Made by a program: the position numbers and the translations under genes. Of a stretch of DNA of 64,000 nucleotides, positions 29,635 to 39,826 are shown in pieces. The stretch is from an uncultured SAR86 cluster bacterium (GTDB lineage Bacteria > Pseudomonadota > Gammaproteobacteria > Magnimaribacterales > D2472). The stretch spans positions 32,283-96,282 of the forward strand of contig CACPCZ010000001.1 in NCBI GenBank assembly GCA_902632555.1. The letters run 5' to 3'. Every line of letters begins with the position of its first letter. Positions within the stretch are counted from its first letter, which is position 1. The notes under the pieces are model-generated. The model did not search any database. It was not told the DNA's origin and saw only the letters and a list, made by a program, of their open reading frames with translations.

Positions 29635-31116
29635 CTATGTGACTATTAAAATAATAGCTGTAGCAAACATTATACCAATAGCAACAGTTCTGATGAGGTA
29701 TTTTTGTCTTGAAATCTTATCTTCAAGCTCTTTTATTTTTTTGGAATTGATGTCTTTATTTTTAGAATAACTTCTTATTTCATCTAATGCCTCAAACACA
29801 ACTGAAGGTATCTCTGATGCTTTAAACAAAATATCTTCTTTATTTTCAATAATATAATCTTTAAGCTTTAAAGGACTAAATTGCTCAGTAAGCCAATTGT
29901 CAAGGTAAGGTTCAGCGATTCCCCAAAAGTCAAGTTCCGGATAAATCTGTCTTCCCATTCCTTCAATGTGGATTAATGTTTTTTGAAGTAATACAAGAGA
30001 TGTTTGCAGAGACAATCCGTACTGTCTGGTGCTTTGGAATAAGTACAACAATAATTTCCCAAATTCTATTTCTGAGAGTGGCTTTTCAAATATCGGTTCA
30101 CAACAAGCCCTAAGAGTATTTTCAAGTTCAATATTGTTTGTATTTGAATTTACCCATCCTGAAGAAATGAATAAACTTGCAAGTGACTTGTAATTTTGTT
30201 TCAGAACAGCTTGTAACATTCTTGCAAGAATATATCTTTCATCATTTGATAATGATCCAGTTATTGCACAATCAATAGCAATGTAACCTGGAGAATTTGG
30301 ATTTTTCTTTGATACAAAAATATTTCCTGGATGCATATCTGCATGGAAAAAATTATCACGAAATACTTGATTTAAGAAAATCATTACTCCATTTTCTGCA
30401 AGTTCTTTTTTATTAATTCCATATTTTTCTATTTGAGCAATATCTGTGCATGGTATCCCATCAATCTTTTCAAGAACCATCACATTTGAAGTAGTAAGAT
30501 CCCAGTAAACCTCAGGTATATACAACTCTTTTGAGTTTAAAAAATTTTTTCTTGTTAAATTGGTATTAGAAGCCTCAAGTTTAAGGTCTAGTTCTTTTAA
30601 TATAGTTGTTTCGTAATCTTTAATAACTTCATTAGGTTTTAGTCTGTAGCTTTCTTTATATAAATATGAAAATATTTTTGCTGCAGATTTAAGCAATCTA
30701 AGATTTTTTTTGACACTTTTTTCAATGCTAGGCCTTAAAACTTTTATTACAACCTCTTGACCAGTTTTTAGCTTTGCAGAATGAACTTGGGCCAGAGAGG
30801 CTGCAGCAAGAGGACTTTCATCAAAACTTTCAAATATATTTTCTATAGAATCTCCTAATTCCTTTTCAACTATTTTCTTAAAAGTAGAAACTTTGAATGG
30901 TTTACAGCTATCAGTTAAGCTCTCAAGTTCTTTTGCAGTCTTATAATCAAGAATGTCAGTTCTAGTTGAGAGCAATTGTCCAAATTTAGTAAAGATAGGA
31001 CCAAGTGACTCTAAATATATAGCAAGCTTTTTCCCGTTTGGTTTAAAAAATACACCCTGTTTAATCCCAACAAGGCCCATTTTCATTAACTCAAATATAA
31101 CTATTACAAAATTCAT
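29635..31116 (-). CDS. ubiB: ubiquinone biosynthesis regulatory protein kinase UbiB (ABC1 family)
   Basis: Motifs FGQLLSTRTD, LAAASLAQVH and HADMHPGNIFV, with C-terminal TM helices. Gene order is ubiE-ubiJ-ubiB-tatABC. Confidence 0.9.
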   Translation of the reverse strand: MNFVIVIFELMKMGLVGIKQGVFFKPNGKKLAIYLESLGPIFTKFGQLLSTRTDILDYKTAKELESLTDSCKPFKVSTFKKIVEKELGDSIENIFESFDESPLAAASLAQVHSAKLKTGQEVVIKVLRPSIEKSVKKNLRLLKSAAKIFSYLYKESYRLKPNEVIKDYETTILKELDLKLEASNTNLTRKNFLNSKELYIPEVYWDLTTSNVMVLEKIDGIPCTDIAQIEKYGINKKELAENGVMIFLNQVFRDNFFHADMHPGNIFVSKKNPNSPGYIAIDCAITGSLSNDERYILARMLQAVLKQNYKSLASLFISSGWVNSNTNNIELENTLRACCEPIFEKPLSEIEFGKLLLYLFQSTRQYGLSLQTSLVLLQKTLIHIEGMGRQIYPELDFWGIAEPYLDNWLTEQFSPLKLKDYIIENKEDILFKASEIPSVVFEALDEIRSYSKNKDINSKKIKELEDKISRQKYLIRTVAIGIMFATAIILIVT

Positions 31117-31616
31117 AAAATGTTGTGTGCCTCAAGCCTATCTATTCTAATTGAAATATCTCTTACTCTTCTTTTGAGATCTCTATGCTCAACATCTTTA
31201 TAAATTTCTGGCGTATTGAATAACTTTTCAATAAAAGCATGAGAAAAAACAGCTGGAAGACTCCCAAAATATTTATCAATCAAATATATTAAATCAATCT
31301 CAGACTTCATAATTACATTAAAAAATACAATTGCAGTCTCAGCATCACCTGCGATTAAGTTTTTTTTAAGTTTTCCAGATGAAATAGTTTTAACAATGCT
31401 CATTAAAGATCCCTTGATATGAAATTTACATTCAGCTGTCTTTGAAAATGCAATTTTTGAATTTTCATGATTTAAAAAAACAAATATCGGTCTATGACCT
31501 TCAACATCTAGAGAAAAGCCAATTGGTAAGATTTCCTCTAGGGAACTATCTAAATTAGGTGATGATTTTCTAAGATCATTGACCAGTTTAGTTAACGCGG
31601 CATTAATGTTAATCAT
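31113..31616 (-). CDS. ubiJ: ubiquinone biosynthesis accessory factor UbiJ (SCP2-like)
   Basis: The call rests mainly on position between ubiE and ubiB and on an SCP2-sized N-terminal domain with a helical C-terminus. The start is placed at the ATG at 31616. Confidence 0.6.
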   Translation of the reverse strand: MININAALTKLVNDLRKSSPNLDSSLEEILPIGFSLDVEGHRPIFVFLNHENSKIAFSKTAECKFHIKGSLMSIVKTISSGKLKKNLIAGDAETAIVFFNVIMKSEIDLIYLIDKYFGSLPAVFSHAFIEKLFNTPEIYKDVEHRDLKRRVRDISIRIDRLEAHNIL

Positions 31617-32349
31617 TATATCCAATGTGAATTGCAACAATACCATTAAGAAGGTTATAAAACTTACAATTTGAAAAACCTTGTTTAATCATCATCTCTT
31701 TTAAAGCTTCTTGATCAGGATGCATTCTTATTGATTCTGCTAAGTATTGATAGCTATCTGAATCATTTGCAAGTAAAGAACCTAGTTTTGGAAGAATATT
31801 AAATGAATACCAATCATATAATTTGGAAAAAAAGGGATTAAGTGGTTTTGAAAACTCCAATATCAGAAGCTTTCCATTTTTCTTTAAGCATCTTTTCATC
31901 TCTTTTAGGCCTCTATCTTTATCTGTGAAGTTTCTTAGACCAAATCCAACAGTAATCATGTTGAATGAATTTTCTTTAAAAGGAAGCTCTTCGCCACTAA
32001 GCTGGCAAAAATAACAATTTTTATCAAAACCTTCATCGATAGACCTATTTCTTCCTTCATCAAGCATTTCATAATTTATATCACTCATAAAAATATCAGT
32101 TTTTGGATATTCTTTAGAAATTAGCTTTGAAATATCCCCGGTTCCACTTGCAATATCTAAAATGACATCATTTTCTCCAACTGCAGCAAGCTCAACTAAT
32201 ATTTTTTTCCATAGTCTATGCATACCAAACGACATGGCATCATTCATAACATCATAATTTTTCGCAACTGAAGTAAAAACTTCTCCAACATATTTCTGCT
32301 TATCAGATTGATCTACCTCTTGATATCCAAAATGAGTTTTTTTATTCAT
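31609..32349 (-). CDS. ubiE: demethylmenaquinone/ubiquinone C-methyltransferase UbiE
   Basis: Motifs YDVMNDAMSFGMHRLWK, LDIASGTGD and FGLRNFTD. Confidence 0.95.
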   Translation of the reverse strand: MNKKTHFGYQEVDQSDKQKYVGEVFTSVAKNYDVMNDAMSFGMHRLWKKILVELAAVGENDVILDIASGTGDISKLISKEYPKTDIFMSDINYEMLDEGRNRSIDEGFDKNCYFCQLSGEELPFKENSFNMITVGFGLRNFTDKDRGLKEMKRCLKKNGKLLILEFSKPLNPFFSKLYDWYSFNILPKLGSLLANDSDSYQYLAESIRMHPDQEALKEMMIKQGFSNCKFYNLLNGIVAIHIGYND

Positions 32350-33208
32350 TGTTATTTTCTACAAGTTTGATGAAATTATTGTATCTACTTTTACTTATTT
32401 CACCATTTAATAAATACTTTGCAATATTACATCCATCATTGTCTATATGATTACAATTATTGAATTTACAATATTTCGATGCTTTAAAAATTTCTTCAAA
32501 TCCTTGAGTTATTTGACTTGTTGAATAATTAGTTAACTCAATGTCACGCATACCAGGCGAGTCTATTATTTTTATTTTTTGATTGACTTCATACAAGGAC
32601 GATATAGAAGTTGTGTGCACCCCTTGATCATTTGATAAAGAACTTATTTTTAAGTTTTTCTTTATTATTTTTGATGTTAATGTCGACTTTCCAGCACCTG
32701 AATTACCAACAAATAGTACGCATTTATTTTCTAAAAATTTTAAAAGCTCATCAGTGTTTTTCAGATATTTTGCGGATATATCTATTATTTTTAAGTTCAA
32801 ATCTTTATATATATTTAGTTTCTTCAAATATTCAGAATCTTGCTTAATATCGATTTTATTGTTAATTATGAACGGCTTTATTTTTGAAATCTTTGATTTA
32901 ATTATCCATTTATCAATAAATTCTGAAGAAGTCCTTGGCGTTGGTGTGACCAGTATGCCAACATGAGTCACATTTGCTGCAAAAAGCTTCTCCTTGTTGT
33001 TTATTAACTTTGATATTTTAGAAAACCTCTTATTTATTTTTAAAATCTTTCCGAGTGTTTTTTTGCTGTCTTGTATTATTTCTATTTCAACAAAGTCACC
33101 AACCACAACATTTTTGATAGCTATACAGCTAAATTCACCAACTTTGGTTTTTACTAAACAACTATTTGAGTAGAATTCTTTAACTTGTCCAGTTTGAACT
33201 TTTTTCAT
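32342..33208 (-). CDS. rsgA: ribosome small-subunit-dependent GTPase RsgA
   Basis: Circularly permuted GTPase with NKIDI then GNSGAGKSTL, and a C-terminal zinc motif CKFNNCNHIDNDGC. The start is taken at the ATG at 33208. The track's TTG at 33268 would overlap the orn start. Confidence 0.8.
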   Translation of the reverse strand: MKKVQTGQVKEFYSNSCLVKTKVGEFSCIAIKNVVVGDFVEIEIIQDSKKTLGKILKINKRFSKISKLINNKEKLFAANVTHVGILVTPTPRTSSEFIDKWIIKSKISKIKPFIINNKIDIKQDSEYLKKLNIYKDLNLKIIDISAKYLKNTDELLKFLENKCVLFVGNSGAGKSTLTSKIIKKNLKISSLSNDQGVHTTSISSLYEVNQKIKIIDSPGMRDIELTNYSTSQITQGFEEIFKASKYCKFNNCNHIDNDGCNIAKYLLNGEISKSRYNNFIKLVENNNE

Positions 33209-33249
33209 AATAAGAACAAAATACACTAAAGAGGTGATTTTAAGAAGAG

Positions 33250-33798
33250 ATGAAGACTTTACAATCAAGAGATAATTTAGTTTGGATCGACCTAGAAATG
33301 ACAGGACTTGATCCTGAAAAAGAAAAAATAATCGAAATAGCCACGCTTATTACTGATTCTGATTTGCATATTATTGCGGAAGGCCCAAATTTGATAATTA
33401 CTCAGCCAAAAGATATTTTGGATAAAATGGATGAATGGAATCAAACGCAGCATGGCTCATCTGGCTTAATAGACGAAGTTAAAAAAAGCGATGTAACCGA
33501 GCAAGTTGCTGAAATAGAGACATTAGATTTTATATCTAAATATGTTGGAGAAAAAAAATCACCTATGTGTGGAAATACTGTTTCTCATGACAGACGTTTT
33601 TTATCAAAATACATGCCAAGGCTAGAAGCTTATTTTAATTATAGACATATTGATGTTTCATCTTTTAAGGAAGTAGCTGTTCGATGGATGAATGAAGCAC
33701 AAGTATATGAAAAGAAAGGTTCTCATAGAGCCCTTGGAGACATTAAAGAGTCCGTGGAAGAATTAAAGTTTTATAAACAATTATTTATGCCTGATTGA
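33250..33798 (+). CDS. orn: oligoribonuclease
   Basis: DEDDh exonuclease with WIDLEMTGL, CGNTVSHDRRFL and HRALGDI. It is divergent from rsgA, as in E. coli. Confidence 0.9.
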   Translation: MKTLQSRDNLVWIDLEMTGLDPEKEKIIEIATLITDSDLHIIAEGPNLIITQPKDILDKMDEWNQTQHGSSGLIDEVKKSDVTEQVAEIETLDFISKYVGEKKSPMCGNTVSHDRRFLSKYMPRLEAYFNYRHIDVSSFKEVAVRWMNEAQVYEKKGSHRALGDIKESVEELKFYKQLFMPD

Positions 33799-33799
33799 T

Positions 33800-34126
33800 C
33801 TATTCTTTTTTTGAAGATGGTTGAAAATTTATTGGAAATGGACTTATTTCACCTTTATTTTCTTTTATTTTAGCTTCGCCAGTTTCATTAACTTCATCAA
33901 TTCTAACTATCGAATTTATAGGAATATAGCTTCTTTCAACTTTATTGAATTCGTTTTTAAGTTTTTCAGAACTCGGATCAACTACTAGCTGTTTGTCTTT
34001 ATTGAAGATATACTCTTCCACCTCGATAAAACCGTACATATCACTTTGGTAAATTTGTTTGGCAAATACTTCGTAAATTTCACCAAGTTGAATGAAAATT
34101 ATCTTGTAAACATTTTTTGTTTTCAT
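33800..34126 (-). CDS. DUF1820 family protein
   Basis: 108 aa. YKIIFIQLGEIYEVFAKQIYQSDMYGFIEVEEYIF resembles the DUF1820 N-terminal signature as I remember it. Confidence 0.55.
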   Translation of the reverse strand: MKTKNVYKIIFIQLGEIYEVFAKQIYQSDMYGFIEVEEYIFNKDKQLVVDPSSEKLKNEFNKVERSYIPINSIVRIDEVNETGEAKIKENKGEISPFPINFQPSSKKE

Positions 34127-34184
34127 AATACTAATTATATGGGATCAAATTATGAGAATTAAAGTTGTAAAATAGTTATAAAGA

Positions 34185-35510
34185 ATGACAAAAAAATTAT
34201 TTATTAAAACTCATGGCTGTCAGATGAATGAGTACGATTCAGCAAAAATGTTTGATTTGCTGGAGGAGAAGGAAAACTTTGAACTAGCGGAGTCCGAGGA
34301 TCAAGCCGATTTATTAATTTTAAATACATGTTCTATAAGAGAGAAGGCTCAAGAAAAAGTCTTTCATCAAATAGGAAGGTGGAGAAAGATTAAAGAAAAA
34401 AATCCCAAGCTTAAAATAGCAATTGGTGGTTGTGTTGCTTCTCAAGAGGGTGAAAAAATAATAAAAAGAGCACCTGCAGTTGATATAGTTTTTGGGCCTC
34501 AAACTCTTCATAAACTTCCTGATTTATATAACGAAAAGAATAATACAAATTTAAATCAAGTTGATATATCTTTCCCTAAACTAGAGAAATTCAATCATTT
34601 GCCGGTTCATGGTAAAGGAGAACCGTCTGCATTTGTTTCAATTATTGAGGGATGCAATAAATACTGCTCATTCTGTGTTGTTCCAAAAACAAGAGGTCAT
34701 GAAGTTTCAAGAAGTATTGAAGATATATTAAATGAAATTTCAGTATTGGCTGATAAAGGCACAAGAGAAATTCATTTACTTGGCCAAAATGTTAATAACT
34801 TTAAGGGAACTCTTGGCGGAGAAAAATCATCGCTTGCAAAACTTATTGAGCTTACTGCTAAGATAGAAAATATTGAACGAATTCGGTATACAACCAGTCA
34901 TCCGCATGAATTTAAAGATGACTTGGTTGAAGTTTACGATAAGGTTCCTGAGCTTGTCAGCCATGTTCACCTGCCTGTGCAAAGTGGGTCTGACAGAATT
35001 TTAAAGCTTATGAGGAGAAGGTATAACATCGATAAGTATCTTCATTTGGTTGAAAAAATTAGGGATGTAAGGCCTGAAATGAGTTTTTCATCTGATTTTA
35101 TTGTTGGATTTCCAGGTGAAACTAAAGAAGATTTTCAAGGAACCATGGATGTAATCAATGAAGTTAAATTTGATGAATCATTTAGTTTTATATACAGCCC
35201 TAGACCTAATACAACCGCCTCAGATATGCCAGATGACGTTAATGATGAAGAAAAAAAAGAAAGATTAAATATACTTCAAACAAGATTAAATCAATTATCT
35301 TTCGGATTTAGTAGAAAAAAAGTTGGTACAACTCAAAATTGCCTTATCTATGGGCCATCAAAGAGGGATCCTGGACAGCTTCAAGGTAGGACCATATGCA
35401 ACAGGATAGTTAATTTCAAATCAAATGACATTGATTTAGTTGGTCAGATGGTTAATATTCAAATAAATGAAGCTCTACCAAACTGTTTAAGAGGGAATTT
35501 GCACAATTAA
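34185..35510 (+). CDS. miaB: tRNA-2-methylthio-N6-dimethylallyladenosine synthase
   Basis: UPF0004 N-terminal Cys residues ([22 protein letters not shown]), a radical-SAM CNKYCSFC motif, and a TRAM C-terminus. Confidence 0.95.
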   Translation: MTKKLFIKTHGCQMNEYDSAKMFDLLEEKENFELAESEDQADLLILNTCSIREKAQEKVFHQIGRWRKIKEKNPKLKIAIGGCVASQEGEKIIKRAPAVDIVFGPQTLHKLPDLYNEKNNTNLNQVDISFPKLEKFNHLPVHGKGEPSAFVSIIEGCNKYCSFCVVPKTRGHEVSRSIEDILNEISVLADKGTREIHLLGQNVNNFKGTLGGEKSSLAKLIELTAKIENIERIRYTTSHPHEFKDDLVEVYDKVPELVSHVHLPVQSGSDRILKLMRRRYNIDKYLHLVEKIRDVRPEMSFSSDFIVGFPGETKEDFQGTMDVINEVKFDESFSFIYSPRPNTTASDMPDDVNDEEKKERLNILQTRLNQLSFGFSRKKVGTTQNCLIYGPSKRDPGQLQGRTICNRIVNFKSNDIDLVGQMVNIQINEALPNCLRGNLHN

Positions 35511-36472
35511 TGTCTAAAGATTCAGCATTAACACAAATCGAACTTAATCCTTCAGACGCAAACGTAATGGTGAGGTTTGTTGGAGAGCTAAATGAGAATC
35601 TAAAATTTGTAGAAAAGACTTTTAATGTAAAAATTTATCAAAATGGAAATAATTTAAAAATTCAAGGCTCTCAAGGCGATGTTAATCATTCTGCCGATGC
35701 TCTAAAAAAATTATATGAAGCAGCTGGTCAGGGAATAGAGATCACGAAAGAGACATTACATTTATATATTCAAGACTCTTATCAAAAAGATAATAATTTT
35801 GATGTCAAAATAAAAACTCCAAAGAAGAGCATAATACCCAGAGGTAAGAATCAAAAATTATATTTAGAAAGCATTTATAAAAATGAAGTTAATTTTGGCA
35901 TTGGTCCCGCAGGAACAGGTAAAACTTATTTGGCTGTGGCTGCTGCAATTGATGCATTATTAAGCGAGAAAGTCGATAGAATAATTCTTATAAGGCCTGC
36001 TGTTGAAGCTGGCGAAAAGTTAGGATTTCTTCCTGGAGACTTATCTCAAAAAGTTGATCCATATTTGCGCCCTCTTTACGACAGTTTGTATGAAATGCTC
36101 GGTATTGAAAAGACTGAAAAATTTCTAGCAAAGGGCGTTGTTGAAATTGCGCCTCTTGCTTATATGCGTGGAAGAACCTTAAACAATTCTTTTATAATTG
36201 TAGATGAAAGTCAAAATACAACCAAAGAGCAAATGAAGATGGTCCTGACTAGAATGGGCTTTGGATCCTATTTGGTAATCAATGGCGATCTAACTCAAAT
36301 AGACTTGCCTAAAAATATAAAATCAGGACTTTCAAATGCAATTAAAGTTCTTAAAGACACTGAGGGTATTGGATTCACAAATTTTTCATCAAGAGATGTT
36401 GTTCGTCATCCTCTAGTCAGAAAAATAATAGATGCTTATGAATATTTTGAGGATAGAGTAAAACTCAAGTGA
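35510..36472 (+). CDS. ybeZ: PhoH-like ATPase (YbeZ)
   Basis: Walker A GPAGTGKTYLAVA and Walker B-like IIVDESQN. It belongs to the miaB-ybeZ-ybeY-corC-lnt operon order. Confidence 0.9.
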   Translation: MSKDSALTQIELNPSDANVMVRFVGELNENLKFVEKTFNVKIYQNGNNLKIQGSQGDVNHSADALKKLYEAAGQGIEITKETLHLYIQDSYQKDNNFDVKIKTPKKSIIPRGKNQKLYLESIYKNEVNFGIGPAGTGKTYLAVAAAIDALLSEKVDRIILIRPAVEAGEKLGFLPGDLSQKVDPYLRPLYDSLYEMLGIEKTEKFLAKGVVEIAPLAYMRGRTLNNSFIIVDESQNTTKEQMKMVLTRMGFGSYLVINGDLTQIDLPKNIKSGLSNAIKVLKDTEGIGFTNFSSRDVVRHPLVRKIIDAYEYFEDRVKLK

Positions 36473-36918
36473 GTCTAACAATCCTGAATCATAAAAGTTT
36501 TGAAGTCGATAAGACTTTATCGGAGAAATTAATCAATGCATTTAACCTCATTTGTAATGAAGAAAGTCTAGAAAAGTGCTCAATTAACCTTAAATTAGTT
36601 GATAACAAGGAAATTACTGAACTTAACAAAATTTATAGAAATAAAAATAAACCCACCAATGTTTTGTCTTTTACTAATGATGATATATCTAAGTCAAGAA
36701 CTAATGATTTGGGCGATATAGCAATTAGCTTCGAATTTGTTGAACAAGAGTCTAAAGAGCAAAATAAAAAATTTAATGATCATGTTATTCACATGTTCAT
36801 CCATGGGATATATCATATATTAGGATTTGATCATGAAAATGATAGTATGGCAGATGCCATGGAAGAAAAAGAAATTCTATTACTTGAAAAACTACAAATA
36901 AAAAATCCATATAAATAA
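36469..36918 (+). CDS. ybeY: rRNA maturation endoribonuclease YbeY
   Basis: GTG start and the zinc motif HGIYHILGFDHE (HxxxHxxGxxH). Confidence 0.85.
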   Translation: MSLTILNHKSFEVDKTLSEKLINAFNLICNEESLEKCSINLKLVDNKEITELNKIYRNKNKPTNVLSFTNDDISKSRTNDLGDIAISFEFVEQESKEQNKKFNDHVIHMFIHGIYHILGFDHENDSMADAMEEKEILLLEKLQIKNPYK

Positions 36919-37773
36919 ATGAGCGATAAAAATAACAACGAAGATCCACAGCCTCCTTCGGGAATAATCGATAAAGTTAAAAAATATTTCAGAAATCCGT
37001 TTTTCATAAAAACACAATCTGTCTCAGAAGTAACTGATTTTTTAAAAGATGCTGTTGATCAGAATGTAATAGACAAAGAAGCAGAATCGATTGCATCTAA
37101 AGCAATAAAGTTAGGTGACATCACCGTTAAAGAAATAATGATACCAAAGGTAGACATGGTTACTATTCAAATAGATGAGAATACTACAGATGTAATAACC
37201 AAAATAATTGAATCAGGTCACTCTAGATATCCAGTTTTAGGATCAGAAAGAGATGAGGTTGTTGGAATTCTTCTTGCAAAAGATATACTACCCAAGTTAT
37301 TTAAAGGAATAACCGACTTTCAACTAACTGATATGTTGAGAGATCCTAATGTAGTTCCAGAATCTAAAAAAGCTGATTCACTCTTAGAGGAATTTAAACA
37401 AGATAGACGACATCTTGCTGTAGTAATTGATGAATATGGAGCAGTTTGCGGCTTAATTACAATTGAAGACATTTTGGAAGAACTTGTCGGTGAAATTGAA
37501 GATGAACATGACGTAGAAGAGCAAGAAATTCTAGAAATTTCTGAAAATAAATTTTATGTCGACGCAAAAGTTGAGCTAGAAGAATTCATATCCTTTTTTG
37601 AGCTAGGACTTGACCATTTATCTATAGATGCTGAAACTCTTGGTGGATATTTTATTTCTGAGCATGGCGTATTACCCAAAATAGGAGCAAAACTCAATGT
37701 TCAAAATTTATCAATAAAAGTAACGGATACTGATAACAGAAGAATTAAAAGTTTTGAAGTCATAAAAAAATAA
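36919..37773 (+). CDS. corC: CBS-pair / CorC_HlyC domain magnesium-cobalt efflux protein CorC
   Basis: A tandem CBS region (MIPKVDMV..., VIDEYGAVCGLITIEDILEELVGEI) plus a C-terminal transporter-associated domain. Confidence 0.85.
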   Translation: MSDKNNNEDPQPPSGIIDKVKKYFRNPFFIKTQSVSEVTDFLKDAVDQNVIDKEAESIASKAIKLGDITVKEIMIPKVDMVTIQIDENTTDVITKIIESGHSRYPVLGSERDEVVGILLAKDILPKLFKGITDFQLTDMLRDPNVVPESKKADSLLEEFKQDRRHLAVVIDEYGAVCGLITIEDILEELVGEIEDEHDVEEQEILEISENKFYVDAKVELEEFISFFELGLDHLSIDAETLGGYFISEHGVLPKIGAKLNVQNLSIKVTDTDNRRIKSFEVIKK

Positions 37774-39242
37774 TGATTTTGAAGGATCTCTTTGTTGCCT
37801 TTTCTGCAGGATTCGTTGGTATTTTTGCATTTGCTCCATTCTCTTTAAAATTTTTAATTTTTATATCTTATGGCTACATAATTTATATCCTCATTAACAA
37901 CAAAAAAAGATTATTTTTAAAGCTGTTTTTTTGGGGAATTAGTCATTGGGGTTTTGGGATGTCTTGGATAATAGTAAGTGTTTACTATTATGGAGAAACA
38001 TCTATAGCAGTTGCTTCTGCAATATATATATTATTAACAATAATATTATCTTTAGTATTTACGTGCCCTCTTCTACTAATCAAATACATTAATAATAAGA
38101 TTGGAAATTATGATCAAATCAAACAAGCTTTATTAGTATCATCCCTATTGCTAATTAGTGAATTTAGTAGAGAAATCTTTTTAAATGGTGTTCCTTGGTT
38201 GATACCAGGCAATGTTTTTCTTGATACATATGCGCAAAACATTTATCCAATACTTGGCGCAGCATTTGGGTCATATTTAATTTACTTTATTACATCAATA
38301 GTTATAACAAACACAAATAATAAAAAAGTTTCATTTTTGTTTCTTGTTATCGGTATTGTATTGATGTTTCCACAAAAATTTGTGCAGCAAAATGGAGAAA
38401 TACCTATTTCAATTATTCAACCCTCTTCAGACCCTTTTGATAAATATAAGCCTGGTTATTATTCTTTTATCGAAAATAATTTATTAGATCTAATTAAAAA
38501 AAGCTCAACAGAAAGCAAGATGGTGGTTATACCTGAGGCAGAGCTTCCATATCCTACAAATGACTATAGATTTAACTCCTTTATAGAGAAAACTAAAATA
38601 AAAGATAGATTGGTAATGGGAGCATGGTTTATTGATAATAACGAACTTTACAACACTATTTATTATCCAAAAAAAGAAATTCTCTATAAAAAAGTTCATT
38701 TAGTCCCTTTTGGTGAATATATCCCATTTATAACAAAACTTCGCGGATTAATAGACTTTTTTGATCTCCCAATGTCGAATGTAATCCCTGGTCCTGAACT
38801 ACAAGAAAATATGCGACTTATCCAGGATTATGAAGTAGCAACGCCAATTTGTTTTGATATTGCTTTTCCAAACACAGTTAGAAAAATGAACATAAGTTCT
38901 TTTTTAATAATAAATATATCTAATGATACTTGGTTTGGAGATTCAATTGGTCCTTATCATCATCTTAGCAAAGCTAGGATAAGAGCAATAGAAAATAATA
39001 AATGGTTAATAAGAGCTACAAATAATGGATTTTCTGCAATTATTGATAATAATGGGACAATAGTTGACAAAACTAAAAAGAATATTACCGGTATTCTTGA
39101 GGGTAAAGTAAACTTAATAGGAGAAAGATCAATTTTCAACAAATTTGGTTATTATTTAACAAAAATATTACCATTTTTGATGATTTTGGTATTATTAATT
39201 AATAGATTATGTACATTACGAAAAAATTTATCCCAATCATAG
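37773..39242 (+). CDS. lnt: apolipoprotein N-acyltransferase
   Basis: An N-terminal polytopic domain and a C-terminal CN-hydrolase domain with the E/K/C triad context (VIPEAELP, KVHLVPFGEYIP, ATPICFDIAF). Confidence 0.85.
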   Translation: MILKDLFVAFSAGFVGIFAFAPFSLKFLIFISYGYIIYILINNKKRLFLKLFFWGISHWGFGMSWIIVSVYYYGETSIAVASAIYILLTIILSLVFTCPLLLIKYINNKIGNYDQIKQALLVSSLLLISEFSREIFLNGVPWLIPGNVFLDTYAQNIYPILGAAFGSYLIYFITSIVITNTNNKKVSFLFLVIGIVLMFPQKFVQQNGEIPISIIQPSSDPFDKYKPGYYSFIENNLLDLIKKSSTESKMVVIPEAELPYPTNDYRFNSFIEKTKIKDRLVMGAWFIDNNELYNTIYYPKKEILYKKVHLVPFGEYIPFITKLRGLIDFFDLPMSNVIPGPELQENMRLIQDYEVATPICFDIAFPNTVRKMNISSFLIINISNDTWFGDSIGPYHHLSKARIRAIENNKWLIRATNNGFSAIIDNNGTIVDKTKKNITGILEGKVNLIGERSIFNKFGYYLTKILPFLMILVLLINRLCTLRKNLSQS

Positions 39243-39814
39243 TTTTGGGACTTTCATTATCATTTTTATTACCGGCAAACACTGATAAAACAAATCCCAA
39301 TAAGATAAAGCAACGATTATTTGAAAATACCAACAGTCCTGAATTAGTAGTTGATATTTCAGAACAAAGGCTTTATCTAGTTCAAAATAAACTTGTTCTT
39401 AAAAGTTATCCTATTTCGTCATCTAAGTTTGGAGAGGGCAGTATTGAAAATTCCTTTAAAACACCGCTAGGAATGCATCAAATCAAAGAAAAAATTGGAG
39501 AAGATGTTGAAGAAAATACCATTTTCATATCTCGAGTAGATACTCAAAAAAAAGCAGATATTATAAAAAATACCTTTGATTCTGATAATGATTTTGTAAC
39601 AAGTAGAATTTTATGGCTAGATGGTATGGAAGAAGGAATAAACAAAGGGAAGGGTATCGATTCTTATGATCGATATATCTATATTCATGGCACACAGGAA
39701 GAGGGATTAATTGGCACAAAAGCATCTCATGGATGTATCAGAATGTTTAATAACGATGTTATTGAGCTTTTTAAAAAGGTAAAAGAAGGGACAAAAGTTC
39801 TAATAAAGGCATAA
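39209..39814 (+). CDS. L,D-transpeptidase (YkuD) family protein
   Basis: Signal peptide and the catalytic motif IHGTQEEGLIGTKASHGCIRM. Confidence 0.7.
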   Translation: MYITKKFIPIIVLGLSLSFLLPANTDKTNPNKIKQRLFENTNSPELVVDISEQRLYLVQNKLVLKSYPISSSKFGEGSIENSFKTPLGMHQIKEKIGEDVEENTIFISRVDTQKKADIIKNTFDSDNDFVTSRILWLDGMEEGINKGKGIDSYDRYIYIHGTQEEGLIGTKASHGCIRMFNNDVIELFKKVKEGTKVLIKA

Positions 39815-39826
39815 TTTACTTTAAAA

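Noticed and set aside
35510-36472. PhoH-like ATPase as a phage or toxin-antitoxin-associated gene
   Set aside because: It lies in the canonical miaB-ybeZ-ybeY-corC-lnt operon, which makes it the housekeeping YbeZ.
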